From contig NC_083437.1 in assembly GCF_020745735.1 (NCBI RefSeq), positions 22,506,001 through 22,570,000 of the forward strand: DNA of 64,000 nucleotides, given 5' to 3'. Shown here piece after piece: positions 11,646 to 24,849 of the stretch (positions are counted from its first letter, which is position 1; each line of letters starts with the position of its first letter). The notes beneath the pieces were generated by a model. The model was not told the DNA's origin. It did not search any database and worked only from the letters and a program-made list of their open reading frames with translations. The translations under genes and the position numbers were made by a program. The DNA is from Hemiscyllium ocellatum. Taxonomy: Eukaryota.

Positions 11646-12888
11646 TATTGGAGCCTCCTGTGAAGCGCTGCTTTGATGTTTCTTCCGGTATTTATAGTGG
11701 TTTGTTCTTGCCGCTTCCGGGTGTCAGTTTCAACTGTAGTAGTTTGTATGTGGGGTCCAGGTCGATGTGTCTGTTGATGGATGTTCTTGCCGCTTCCGGG
11801 TGTCAGTTTCAGCTGTAGTGGTTTGTATATGGGGTCCAGGTCCATGTGTCTGTTAATGGAGTTTGTGGATGAATGCCATGCCTCTAGGAATTCCCTGGCT
11901 GTTCTCTGTCTGGCTTGTCCTATGATGGTAGTGTTTTCCCAGTCAAATTCATGTTCCTGGTTGTCTGAGTGTATGGCTACTAGGGATAGCTGGTCGTGTC
12001 GTTTTGTGGCTAGCTGATGTTCATGGATGCGGATTGTTAGCTGTCTTCCTGTTTGTCCTATATAGTGTTTTGTGCAGTCCTTGCATGGTATTTTTGTAAA
12101 CTACGTTAGTTTGGCTCGTGCTGGCTATTGGGTCCTTTGTTCTAGTGAGTTGTTGTCTGAGTGTGGAAGTTGGCTTGTGTGCTGTTATGAGTCCTAAGGG
12201 TCGCAGTAGTCTGGCTGTCAGTTCTGAGACGCTCCTGACGTATGGTAGTGTGGCTAGTCCTTTTTGGTCCAAAAAGGACTAGCCACACTACCATACGTCA
12301 GGAGCGTCTCAGAACTGACAGCCAGACTACTGCGACCCTTAGGACTCATAACAGCACACAAGCCAACTTCCACACTCAGACAACAACTCACTAGAACAAA
12401 GGACCCAATAGCCAGCACGAGCCAAACTAACGTAGTTTACAAAAATACCATGCAAGGACTGCACAAAACACTATATAGGACAAACAGGAAGACAGCTAAC
12501 AATCCGCATCCATGAACATCAGCTAGCCACAAAACGACACGACCAGCTATCCCTAGTAGCCATACACTCAGACAACCAGGAACATGAATTTGACTGGGAA
12601 AACACTACCATCATAGGACAAGCCAGACAGAGAACAGCCAGGGAATTCCTAGAGGCATGGCATTCATCCACAAACTCCATTAACAGACACATGGACCTGG
12701 ACCCCATATACAAACCACTACAGCTGAAACTGACACCCGGAAGCGGCAAGAACATCCATCAACAGACATCGACCTGGACCCCACATACAAACTACTACAG
12801 CTGAAACTGACACCCGGAAGCGGCAAGAACAAACCACTATAAATACCGGAAGAAACATCAAAGCAGCGCTTCACAGGAGACTCCAATA

Positions 12889-12928
12889 GCACTGATGATG
12901 TTCCCTAGCCAGGGAACGAAACGTTTGC
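12889..12928 (+). ncRNA. Minimal type-I hammerhead ribozyme motif
   Basis: GCA-CTGATGA-T-GTTCCCT-AGCC-AGGGAAC-GAAA-CG-TT-TGC. Confidence 0.8.
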
Positions 12929-13074
12929 AACAAAAAACTTCCAGCTCAGCGAACAGAACCACAACAACGGATACCCGAGCTACAAATCTTCAACCAGACT
13001 TTAGTACTGTTATATTCCTGTTCTTTGGACCAAAAGCAGCTAAACACTTCATGAGTAATACAGATTCTACTCAC

Positions 13075-13195
13075 CTTTTCTCTTCAGGTAAGTTCTAACA
13101 AAGGGGTCAATTCTAACAAACTCCAGTTGAATGTCATCTCCATCGAATGGGACCCACTTCCCATTGGAGAGCTTCTCAATAACAACACTGTACTC
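13075..13195 (-). CDS. DDOST: DDOST exon 9
   Basis: tgcag|[40 protein letters not shown]|gtgagt, 121 nt. Confidence 0.96.
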
Positions 13196-13947
13196 CTGCA
13201 CCAAGACAGAATATTACAAATATCACAAAACAACCCCAAAAAGTTATTTCTGCATCATAGCTTGATGTTAGATAGCCAGCAGTATGAGCAGACCCGAAAG
13301 CATCAAACCTGGGTATCTACATTTGAATAAACAAAGAAAAAAGAATGTCACAGACAGCAAGTTAAAAAGTCAGCATATTGTTGAAAAATAAACTATTGCA
13401 TTTCATCACATAATATTGCTTCTTAGTAAAAGGCCATTCACTCCCCAGCTGAAAAGGCTTAACTATACATACAAATTGATTTTCAACCACTGAAATTTAT
13501 CCAAACTATTAAGTCAATGATTGCGCTTTTTTGGTCACTCGAAGTTAAACAGTAGTCTCACTGCCAAAAGGTTCAGCAAAATCAACGTCGATCAGCATGG
13601 AACTAACTCTCTTTCAGCTGAGAAAGGGGTAAGAGGTTGGCAAAATGAGCAAAAAGCAAGAACAACCACATTATACCCAACCAGACCCAACATCCCACTG
13701 AGGGAATGTTAAGTCTTGTACAACAGAGAAGAATATCAGCCACATTGTTCATAGATAATAAATTTGCAGCAAAACTGAAAACAAACCCAGTGTAACCTGG
13801 TTGCCAAGTAGCCAATAGACATCTTACAGGAAAATAGTGGGCAGCTAACACGTCAGCTCGTAAGATAAAAGGTGTAACAGCACAGTATGTTATAAATAAA
13901 TAAAAAGGAAAATCAGACTGTGAAAAGCTTTCCTTAAATTGCTTTAC

Positions 13948-14611
13948 TGTTACTGAGATATGGGTGTATCTTGAGAGTTAAAAGCAGCAGAACTACCGGA
14001 CTCAATAAGGCATCAATGTCACACATGGTCAAACAACTCGATTAGCGCATTGCCTGGAGACAAAAACAAATTTGAATTTGGCCAATCAGTTTAAATTATA
14101 CCTCAAAAAATACCAGATTCCAATCCAGTTTGAATTTAGTATATTGACACTCTTAAAAGTCTGATGCTTTGGGGGTAGAAGACCAGGAAAAATTAAACAG
14201 TTGAGAGGAGAACTGACAAGCCCAGCATGTAAACAGACTACCTGAAATTAGCTCTCTTAAAAGTACTTTTTCGATCAGTAACCTATGATGCAAAAATTCT
14301 TAAGAAGAAAAGATGACACAGGAAGATCCAAATAGAAGAATGAAAGCTGTCTGGTGTGGTTTTGTAAATCTTAATTAGGAGTTTTATCAGACAAGTATGA
14401 TAAAAAGGAAGGTACAAGATAGATAAGAGGAAGAAATTGTAAATAGTGGTTAGTTAATTATTCTCTGTTAAACTTTAAGAAATAAAAGTTGTTAATTTTT
14501 GGTTTAGATAGTTCTTGGCCACTTGAAATTTTACACATTATTGCACGGGATAAATCTTTTCTGTGTTGCTGGCCTTAAGTTTTGCAGGAGGGTTTACCCC
14601 ATATCGTAACA
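13948..14611 (+). mobile_element. Probable solo LTR (~660 bp) in DDOST intron 8
   Basis: Ends TGTTAC..GATATGGG and CCCATATCGTAACA form an imperfect terminal inverted repeat. Flanks TTTAC/TCTAC resemble a 5-bp TSD. Internal CCAAT (~14082) and AATAAA (14481). Confidence 0.6.
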
Positions 14612-15375
14612 TCTACACAAAGGAACAGTTTTAAGCACTCTAACACTGTAAACTTAAGTAAAAGTATCAATTGTCCTGTCCCAACAGCCAAGGTTAGAGA
14701 AACCATAGTTTTTAATTATATTAAACACTTCATATTTACATTGGACAAGATTTGACAGAAAGAAAACAGACTGACCCTAATAGCTTACAATTGGACAACA
14801 GTTTATCAAGCAAATTAAGTAATATAAATAATTAAACAAAATCAAAATCTAAGCTAGTTAAAGAAATAAAAGGTTAAGATGATCTCTGCCCCTGCACCCT
14901 GAATACAACCAGGATGTAGCTATAATCACGTTTTCTTCAAACAAGTGAATTTTAAAATGAGGGGGTGGCCTTATCTCCACATAGAAGAACGAGGAAGCAT
15001 GGATCTATCACCCAGCAGAGTGACTTGAAACTCCTGGTCGACAAACCATTTCACGACTTCATTCTACCCTATTTCTGCACCTCCTTCAACAATGTCATCT
15101 TTTCCACTTATTAGTGAGCTCGAGCATGCAGTTTGCCTACCACTGGCAGTCAAAATACCCTACTCTTCAGAATTCTTTCCCTAACCTTCTGTGCTTTGCT
15201 TCATCTCTCCTTACTTTGTCTTCACAAGGCTTAGCTCTTCAATCACACTTCTAATTATAATCTTCACCAACTCGTTCCACTTCATAGTCAAGTTCTCACT
15301 TGCACCCCGTTAAGCATCTTGGAGTCCTCTGTTGTTAAGTCTATACCATACAATTTTAATCCATAATCCCACTCA

Positions 15376-15600
<225 letters not shown>

Positions 15601-15899
15601 TTATGTTAAACTCTTGAGCACAATCTTTAGGCCATGCCAAATTCACAAAAAGACACTATGTAAAACAAGGCTTCGATTTGAGATTCAGAAGGGTGGTGTC
15701 ATAGAATGTTTAATGCAGTGACTGACACACCTTGGTCCAAATGCTACACGTTATAATTGTGAATGCTAGATCTAAAAGGGGGCTACTCAATGTGATAATT
15801 ATAAGCTCTAGATCTGTATTCATTACTGCTTAAAACAAGAAGGATCTGATTGAACTGTATTAAATTCTGATTGAGCTGGACAGATCAGGTACCAGGAGG

Positions 15900-16040
15900 A
15901 TTAGATTACTTACAGTGTGGAAACAGGTCCTTCGGCCCAACAAGTCCACACCGACCCACCGAAGCACAACCCACCCAGACCCACCTAACACTACGGGCAA
16001 TTTAGCATGGCCAATTCACCTAACCTGCACATTTTTGGAT
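15900..16040 (-). mobile_element. Truncated V-SINE 3' part inside an old CR1 remnant (~15830-16335)
   Basis: Reverse complement of the SINE tail (AGATTACTTACAGTGTGGAAACAGG..GGCAATTTAGCATGGCCAATTCACC). Confidence 0.75.
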
Positions 16041-18121
16041 GTATCGCTGATCTGGGATACTAGAACCAGAGATCAGTCTCAGGTCACAGATTATGTAATT
16101 TAGGAATGAAATGAGGAAACATTTGTTCAGAGGGTGGTTGTTCCTAAAAGCTGTACAGGCCAGGTTACAGTATACTCAAGAATTTGACACATGTTTAGAT
16201 AATGAAGGTTATCATGGGGTATGATAGAAAATTAGAATATAGGCATTGAGATAGAAGATCAGCTATGTTAATACTGAATGGTGGGACAGGCTTGAAAGGC
16301 TAAATGGCTTACTCTTGCCCCTAGTTTCTTTGCTTCTGAAACTGTGCATTCTCAATTTCAGCTCCAGATTTTCAGTGATTATCAAAAATGTGACTACTCC
16401 CAGAGAAGAAACTTATTGGTGTTGAATGACAATATACATCAGACTGAACATTCAGCACATCAAAGGCACAACTGCTTCTGTCTGCATAACACCTTTGGTT
16501 CGTAGAGATAACTTCCAAAATTTCACTTTTCTGCAGTCATGTTTTAAAGGAGTGGTGAATTAAAGTCTCGTGATATTGACTAATCAGCAGAAGGTCATTA
16601 CAAAGCAAATCTTGCTATTGTGTAAAATTAGAATAAAAACCACTCTGCAGTTAAAAATTACACACTCAAATCAAGAATCCATCTACAAAATTCCAAGAAT
16701 CTCAGCACTGCTACACTGCGATGGTTGCGTTCTTGTGCAACCCTGTAATATTGTAAAAAAATCATGTTTTAGAAACAGCACTTAAAGTATTGGTGCTGTA
16801 ATCACATTACAGCTAGCACAAATTTTAAAAATTTGTGCTTTAGAATCTGTCTCTAATTCATCAATTGCATTACAGCAAATTTGCATTAACGAAACTCAAG
16901 TTATAGCAGAACGATCTGTATACATTACCACTGATCAAGTTATTTCCTGTTGCAAAATATTAATTTGCTTGCCTTGCCACAATATATTGTTAAAAAGACC
17001 AAACTGCAATAATTAACACATAATACAGCACCTTTATCATAATGAACCATTGCAGTGTCCTTCACAAGAGCTTTCTAAAACAAAAGTACACCAAACCACA
17101 CATGAAAATAACAGATCAGATGACCAAAAGCTTGGCCAAATTAATAGATTTTAAAGAATGTCTTAAGGTAGAAAAATGACAGTTGGGCAGGGAGATGGAG
17201 GGAATGTATTCCAGAGTTAGGAGCCCAAACAACTGATGGTCACCAATAACACAGCGATTAAAATGAGAAAAACATAAGAGATCACAATAGGAGGAGCAAT
17301 AAAAATGTTGGTGGAATTTAGGAGTGCAGTAGATTACAGACATAGGGAATGGAAAGACAATGCAAGGATATTTAAACAAGGATGAGAATTTTAAGATGAA
17401 GACGATTCTTGAGTTCTAATAATAAAGCTCATGTCATTCAGACTTGGCCTGGCAAGTGCCAATCATCAGAAATCTCATCCAGATCCCAATGACCTTTAAA
17501 GAAACCTGTGGTTGTGTCCTGGGATTCACTAAACACCAAAGTTAGACTGGACTAGCACTTCAACAATGTAAGTATAAGAGGCTGGTTACTCAGCAAATAG
17601 TATCTATCAACTTCTGACCCCTCAAAGCCTCTTCATTACTCAATGCTCAGGTTAGAAATGTGATGAAATGAACACTTGCTCATTGTTTGGTACAGCCACA
17701 ATTTCACTAAGTTGTGGTATGTACTATCTGGAGGATCCAGTGCAGTAAGTTGTCAAGCATTTGTCCTCATTTGTAACCAGTATTAGAAGGAAATACTTCT
17801 AATGCAGCTATACTTTCGGAATGCTACCAGCTCCGAGTGTTTATTTACCTCAGGCGTAAATCACTATTTCATTGCCAATCTATCACAATTCTGGTTTCCC
17901 TACCTAGGATCATTGAGAAAGCACAGAAACAGCAATGGTTCAAGAAACTGAGCTACCAACATGTTCTTGGGGACAATACTGGCAACTTTGTCGACATTGA
18001 TAATTTTTGATTGTTTAGACAATCTTTTTTGGCAACATAATGACAACCATCAGGTAGCAACCTAGGCTATTGCTGAAAAATCTTATAGTTTTCCAAGAAA
18101 CTTTGGCCTTTGACATCATAC

Positions 18122-18270
18122 CTTTCAGATCCTGGAGTAGCCTTTTGCACAGGAGAATTAAAGAAAGCATCACTGAAGAAATCAACAGAACCACTGAAGA
18201 CCACACGAGCATTGTTCCGGGCTTGGAGTCCAGCAATCAATAACGTGTTCTTCCCCACACCGTGCGGATA
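18122..18270 (-). CDS. DDOST: DDOST exon 7
   Basis: tag|[49 protein letters not shown](R)|gtatga, 149 nt. Confidence 0.96.
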
Positions 18271-19020
18271 CTAGTAGATTGAGGAAAATCCCGAAGTTTG
18301 TCACAAATCTAATTACCCATTTCATTCCTATTTTACATATGCGTGTTTACCTATTTGTGATGAATGTTTGGCTGGCGTGTTCTACATGCAATAATATCTG
18401 AAGCATGTTTAATTTCAAAACACAATATATTAGTTTTAAATGAAAAGGGACTCAAAGGAAAATAGTCAGGTGCTGTACAGCAGAGATGGCCCAGCGTATG
18501 CCCTACAGAAATCATAGTATATATCCATGAGTGCCCAATATGTATTTATATACACTCTGTAATGACGCTTTCCTCAAACATCCAACATCCGCACATTACA
18601 TGTTGCACAAAGCATACTCATCACTTTCATTCAAGCTCAATGGCAAGTATATAGCTGTGAAATTACCCAGTAGTGAAAACATGTATATGTAGACGCACCA
18701 GAGCCTCATTTAATCTTCAGTCTATGCTGAGTTATCTGATCTGAGACTAGGGAGCAATTGGGGGAAATCACAGTTCACCTCATTGTGCTTAAACTGGGAA
18801 AAGGATGAATGCAACAACTTATGCTCTTGAACTTTACCCAATGAATGTTTCAAGAATTGGTACTATCACTTTCTCAAGGATAATTAAGGATGGGCAATAA
18901 ATACTGAACTAGTCAGCAATACCCATATCAAGTGAATGATTAAATTAACTGTACCCCAGTATATGTCCCTAGGAGAGAAAGGGGATCATTTCATACCTGG
19001 AGAATACACATGAGACTTAC

Positions 19021-19114
19021 CTGTGTTATAGGCTTGTCTGGGAAGAAGGAGTAAGAACTAGAAGCTCCAGTCAAAATATCCAGTACAAGAGGGTTATCAG
19101 GATCTGCCACCATA
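19021..19114 (-). CDS. DDOST: DDOST exon 6
   Basis: ctag|[31 protein letters not shown]|gtaagt, 94 nt. Confidence 0.96.
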
Positions 19115-20539
19115 CTAGGGAAGAACCAAAAACAAACATTGAGGTTTGGCCTGATAGATTCAAAGATAAATCAACCAAATTGCAGTTTTTAAATGAAAAC
19201 ATTGGTCTGCACAGAAAATTTATCATAATATACTGAAATATAACATTAATACATATGTTAACCTCAACATTTTACACTTATTTCACAACTCAAGCATGAA
19301 ATCATTTCTATGTCTATTGGCTTGTCTATTTTATTACTTCTATATTTCCTTCAACTCCATGCTCCAAGCCTTCACTATTATGCCTCTGACCTAAATAATT
19401 TTATTAATGTTGCTAGACCATTAGTATTCACTCCTGCAGTCTCAGGAACACTCTCTAAATTCTCCATCAGTTTTGCCATAGTTCATCACTGCTCCACCAC
19501 ACCCCTTAAAGTTTCCTCAAACTTTCCCATTTCTTTGCCTTGAGGCACTGTCCTCAATCCCTTTCCCATTCCTGTATGAGCTTCTATGGTGGAGCACCTT
19601 AGAATTTTTGCTGCCTTGTAGGTTTAACAGGAATAGTTTCTCAATGGCCTGACAGTACAGAAGGATACCATTAGTACATGTCTACCATCTTGTATAAAGT
19701 GTTAAAAATAGTTAATTTCATTACAAAATTTCTTACGTAGATCGAATAGAAACTATCCCATTCCTGATCAGTTGCCTTCATTAGCATAGCTTCATCACCA
19801 AAATCAACAAGGGTATAACATCTTGTTTCAGTTTATAGTTAAATGCCCTTCAGAAACATACTATTATTTGATGAGTCTTGTAGCTAATATTCACAGGACA
19901 AAATACTTTGGGGGGGGGTAGTCATCTTTCTCCATCTTTGCTCATTGATCGTCCTTATTTTCTCACTCCAAGTTTCAATATGTCTAACCTTAAAACTACC
20001 TTAACCTTAAAACTACCTACATCAGTTACATCTCATCATTCCAGTTAACAACAGTATAGAAGAATAAGTACTTCTGAATGTTGCTGACCTTCCCCTTGTT
20101 ATTCCCAAACAAATTTGCTGCCATTTCTACCTCTTTACCTATCACTAGTTCTTGTATTAATCCTATATACACCAAGACCTTATCACAAGTAACATATGCC
20201 ATTGCAAAGCAATGATCATTTCTGAGGAATGCAGCAGTTTCAAAACTTAATGAAAAATAAAATAACTAAAATAATCATTTTGCTCTCCAAAGCTTATGCA
20301 AAGTATAACACAGTGCATGACGTCAAGAACATTATACTGCTCATGTTTGCAGTTATCAGCAATGAAACCAGTTTGTTTCTCATTCAATTTCGCTTAAAAT
20401 GTCAAATTTAGATATCTGTGAAAAGGACTCGTAAAGTCCTAAAACTACATGTCAAAATGGTGATGTATTTTGTGGTCAATCATTGATTTTGTTCTGCTGT
20501 AGGTTTGCTATACAAAGCAAGAAAAACCTTAACACGTAC

Positions 20540-20634
20540 CCAACTCCCTGAAATAAAAGAGGATTCTTTGGCTGCTTCCCGACAACAGTGGGAGCCTTGA
20601 GCAGTTGTTCATTGTCAGCAATGATCAGAGTGTG
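20540..20634 (-). CDS. DDOST: DDOST exon 5
   Basis: aaag|[31 protein letters not shown](G)|gtacgt, 95 nt. Confidence 0.95.
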
Positions 20635-21002
20635 CTTTGAAAACAAAGAGACATATATTAATCAACTTTGCTCAAGTTTTTTTGAAATCAGTTTTGACAA
20701 ATTTCTCCATTGATTTACCAATACATTTAAATAATGTTAACAAAACATATAACTGACATGGAGTCTGATGCTCACACTAGATTGCAAAATTAGACATGGG
20801 TTCCATTTCTCAGGGCTAACATTTTTCACTTTAACATGCAAAATTAATAAAACTTAAAACTTAATGTCTAAGATCTAAGGCTCTGGTTTTACTTTGATGA
20901 GGGTTGTTGTAGGAAAAATAAGAATCAATAAACATTCAACTATTCTTACTTTTAAAAGACCTTTCATATTAATCAGATTGCCTTGAGAAGAATACACTAT
21001 TA

Positions 21003-21200
<198 letters not shown>

Positions 21201-22175
21201 CTAGATGCATTCACCCTGCACCAGTCCTTACCTCATATCCCTACCGCATTCAAATATTTTCCCCCATAGATCTGAAGATTCAACTTCTCTCACCTTTGTA
21301 AAGATTATCCTCTTCTAACCTTTGAACTTCCTCATCCCTACCTAAGGCTCCTAAATGGTGCAGCTTTGGCCCACAATTAATGTTGCTGTTGATGGGTGAG
21401 GTTGGGGTTTGCCTTGTAATTTTGAGACATTAGCAATTAAGGTCTTGTTTGAAAACAAAATACCTCTAAACTTCAATTTCTGGGGAGCAGCAATTGGTTT
21501 TACAGAAGCAGACAAACTGTTTACTGAAGGTTTACAATAAACTTAGGTGGCATACAGATTACAGATAATTATCAGTAATGATGAAGATTGAAGTTGAAAT
21601 CCCAGCAACAGTATGGGAAAATGACAAGTGGGAGAGAAATTGAAAGCATTTACAGATATGTCCCTAATTGAATTTATAACCTAAGGGTGGTGGTTTTCAG
21701 CATAGATAAATTAATTTTCAGCCTGAGACCAACACAAGGAATTGAATGCTCAGTTCCTTAATAGTACCAAAGTAGCATGATCTTAAGATATGTACTTTCT
21801 GACACAGCAACACGTACTTAAGAAAAACACATCTACGAAATACAGTTCAGATGGAGAAATAATATCAATCAGTTCAAAAAGACCAGGTTTCCCACTGAAC
21901 TCTGAATCCATTATATGTCCCTTTTAAACAAGGGAACCTGGAAAACTGGCAGGTGAGAATATTTTCCAAATAATTATAACTGGCCCACAAACATCACTTC
22001 CTGAGTACTATTTTTAATAGGCCAGCAAAATTTGATGTGAGGCAGGTCTGCTCATATGGAAGGAAATATCATCCCTCTGGCAGTTGTCTGTATTTCTGTT
22101 CTAAAAGGAAGTAAAGGCCTGGCACTAGATCCATAACCTGAAAAGGACAGAAGAATGATGTATGACTATATTTGT

Positions 22176-22235
22176 TTTCTACCATAATCGTATAATAATA
22201 CTGTCTTTCTACCATAATCGTATAATAATACTGTC
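22176..22235. repeat. Exact 30-bp tandem duplication
   Basis: TTTCTACCATAATCGTATAATAATACTGTC occurs twice in tandem. Confidence 0.9.
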
Positions 22236-22589
22236 AGGAGAAAAAAATTCTGCTGGGAATGGCTTATGGCACAGAAATAGCTTGCATCTATAGTTTTGTT
22301 CCCAGTTAAGAGAGAACAAGTTTTAACAGCAATTCACAGCATAGTAATTGAGAAATCACAACTTAATTTGCAAATTGAATTTTGATCAAAATTTTCTAAC
22401 ATTATAATCAATGGGTCTACAGGCATCTTCATAAATGGTTTCAAGTGTCTCAATCATGTCCCAGAATCAGACAAAAATGGGTTCACTCCATACTCCAGAG
22501 ACTTGTGCATATTATCTAAACATAAAAAGATATTTAACTGTAGTATTGAGCAGGTACTGTACTGGAAATATTTATTTTTGTTCAAATCT

Positions 22590-22890
22590 TACAAGTGAAG
22601 CTCTGTCTTCTCCTTTAAGTGGTTTCAGGAAGACTACACCATCTGCACCTACTAGCTGAAGAACAGCAGAGTTCGCTGGTGTCCTGGCCAACTTTTATCC
22701 CACAACCAACATCATAAAAATAAAGTACTGGCCACTTACTTCCGTAATGTTAATGGGACCCTGCTGTGGAAGAAAATGGCTGCTACAGTCTCTACATTAC
22801 AACAGTGACAAGTCTTCAACTACTTAAATTACAATAAACTACTCTAGGACATTAAAATTTACATGCTATATAAATAGTAAAGAAAGAAAT
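22590..22890 (+). mobile_element. Old Deu-domain SINE remnant (SacSINE/AmnSINE-like)
   Basis: GGTGTCCTGGCCAAC..GGGACCCTGCTGTG..AAATGGCTGC..CTACATTACAACAGTGAC matches my recollection of the DeuSINE core and tail. A related copy lies at ~27810-28035. Confidence 0.55.
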
Positions 22891-22914
22891 GTAATAATCA
22901 TTCTTTAATATTAC

Positions 22915-23001
22915 CAATGTCTGAGCTTGCAGCAACTAGTACATTTCCGCCTCCATCAATGAATGTGGTAATAGTGTCAACATTGATATTGCCTCCAAAA
23001 T
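22915..23001 (-). CDS. DDOST: DDOST exon 3
   Basis: ttcag|(D)[28 protein letters not shown]|gtaata, 87 nt. Confidence 0.96.
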
Positions 23002-24053
23002 CTGAAATAGGAAACAAATTTTTATTAGAGCCTGCTGTGTCTCTTTCTCACCCCTCCACATCCTCAAGCAGTGCAGATCCTGGCTCTAGGAAGGGCAATA
23101 CTTTAATCTCCAGCAACCTAACGTGCTTTTTCAGGGTCAGGTTGGGGTAAATTAGGGTTACAATCACAGCATGTGATTTGGAAGTTCTCTTTCGCTGCTT
23201 AATAAAGCACAATAACCACATGTGCTAAGTATAGTGACTGCTCCATAATCTTTTACATTAGCCAAATAGCACTACAGGCAGCAGAAAGCAATCTTATTTC
23301 TTTAATTCATTTGTGGGAAGTCAGCATTTCTGGCTAAGACAGCATTTAGTACATACCCAATTGCCCACGAGGTGGTGGTGATCTGTATTCTTCAATGGCT
23401 GCAATCCACTACTGTTAGAAGGGGAAGCCCAGGGGTTTGTCCCAGTTACAGTGAATGAACAGCAATAGAATTCCAAGCCATGATAATGTTGGCTTGGAGG
23501 GGAAAATACATCCTGGAGGGAAAATCCAAGCCCTTGTCCTTCAGATGATAGAGGTCACAAGTTTGAAAGGTGCTGTCAAAGGAACCGTGGTGAGTTACTG
23601 TAGTGCATTCTGTTGATGGTACTCACTCCACTATACATCAATGGTGGTGGAAGTGAATGGTCTAGGCATTAGATGTGCCAAACAAACATGCAGCTTTGTC
23701 TGGGATAACGTGAATGTTGTTCGAGTTGCACTCATCCTGGCACTTGGCGAGTCTTCTATTGTACCATCTACAAGACACCATTCAAGTGCTCAGGCACTGG
23801 GGAGTCAGAAGAGAGGAGAAATTTGACAGAAAACAAAAACATATTCTATCACTGAATTCTGAGGATTTCACACCATATTACAAATTCTCCAAGTTTCCTC
23901 ACTGACAGGGAACACTACACAGGCTATTCGTTTCCAAGCAGGCTGCTAAAATAACCAGTGATTTTCTTTAATCAGGAAAACTCAAGAAGCATTCAAAAAC
24001 AAATTGCAATTTCCAAGTGAAAAACCTTTTTGTAATAAAACCAATATCTTTAC

Positions 24054-24164
24054 CTTCCACTGATGGAGAAAAAATGACAAGATGATCATACAGAAATTCT
24101 CCATATTTAATCAGAGATAAACCAGGATCATCTGAAATCTTGAATGTCAAGTTAAATCCAAGAT
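24054..24164 (-). CDS. DDOST: DDOST exon 2
   Basis: ttag|(D)[36 protein letters not shown]|gtaaag, 111 nt. Confidence 0.96.
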
Positions 24165-24849
24165 CTAATTGGAAAGGTCAAAACAAAGGCACAGGTTAGT
24201 TAGGTATAGTAGCTGATAAGAAACATTCGAAAAGACAGTAATTATCACTACAAGACACATCATTAAGTGGTATTGGTACTAATTCTCCTCATGGTACAGT
24301 AGAAGGTTGTTTTTTTAGGGTCACTTGTTGCCTCAATTATGATCATTACAAACTTTCTGTATCCAAGTCCATCTTTGAAACTGACTTGGGATTGTAACAG
24401 CTACCCCAGCATCCTTCCAATTCCTGCTCCCTGGATTCCAAGACCTCTGGTGCTGAAGGTAACCAGTGGTAACCCATATTGCCAGCTGATGTAATGGTTG
24501 TGACTCTCTTGCATGCATTCAGGAAGAACTAAGCTAACTTCTGACAAGAATACAGATTGCATCTTTTAGAAAAGTACAATGAAAGGCAAACAATGGGCCA
24601 TTTGGTCTCAATTTTTTTATATAATGGGACAGGGGAAGAGAAAGGAGATGAGAGCGAAGTAGAGTTGTCAGAAAGGAATTCTGCACAGCCATTTCCCCTT
24701 CATTGGCTTTGGGTCTTTTTACCATTCCTTTTTAATCTCTTCCAGGATATTATTACATGCTTGCACAGTTTAGGCCACAGGAGAGAAGTATTTAACCATG
24801 ACGATCCAGCCACTATTATTTACAAAATGAACTGATGACATAAAGCAAC

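Larger units (their letters stand above)
11568..13001. mobile_element. Palindromic Penelope/Poseidon-type PLE insertion (two inverted GIY-YIG plus pLTR arms)
   Basis: Symmetry axis at T12268 (mirror ORFs 12021-12272 and 12264-12515). Frameshifted VVYKIPCKDC..YIGQTGR..RIHEH..AREFLEAWH endonuclease. ~34-nt right-only tail. Perfect TSD TAGTACTGTTAT at 11556-11567 and 13002-13013. Confidence 0.95.
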
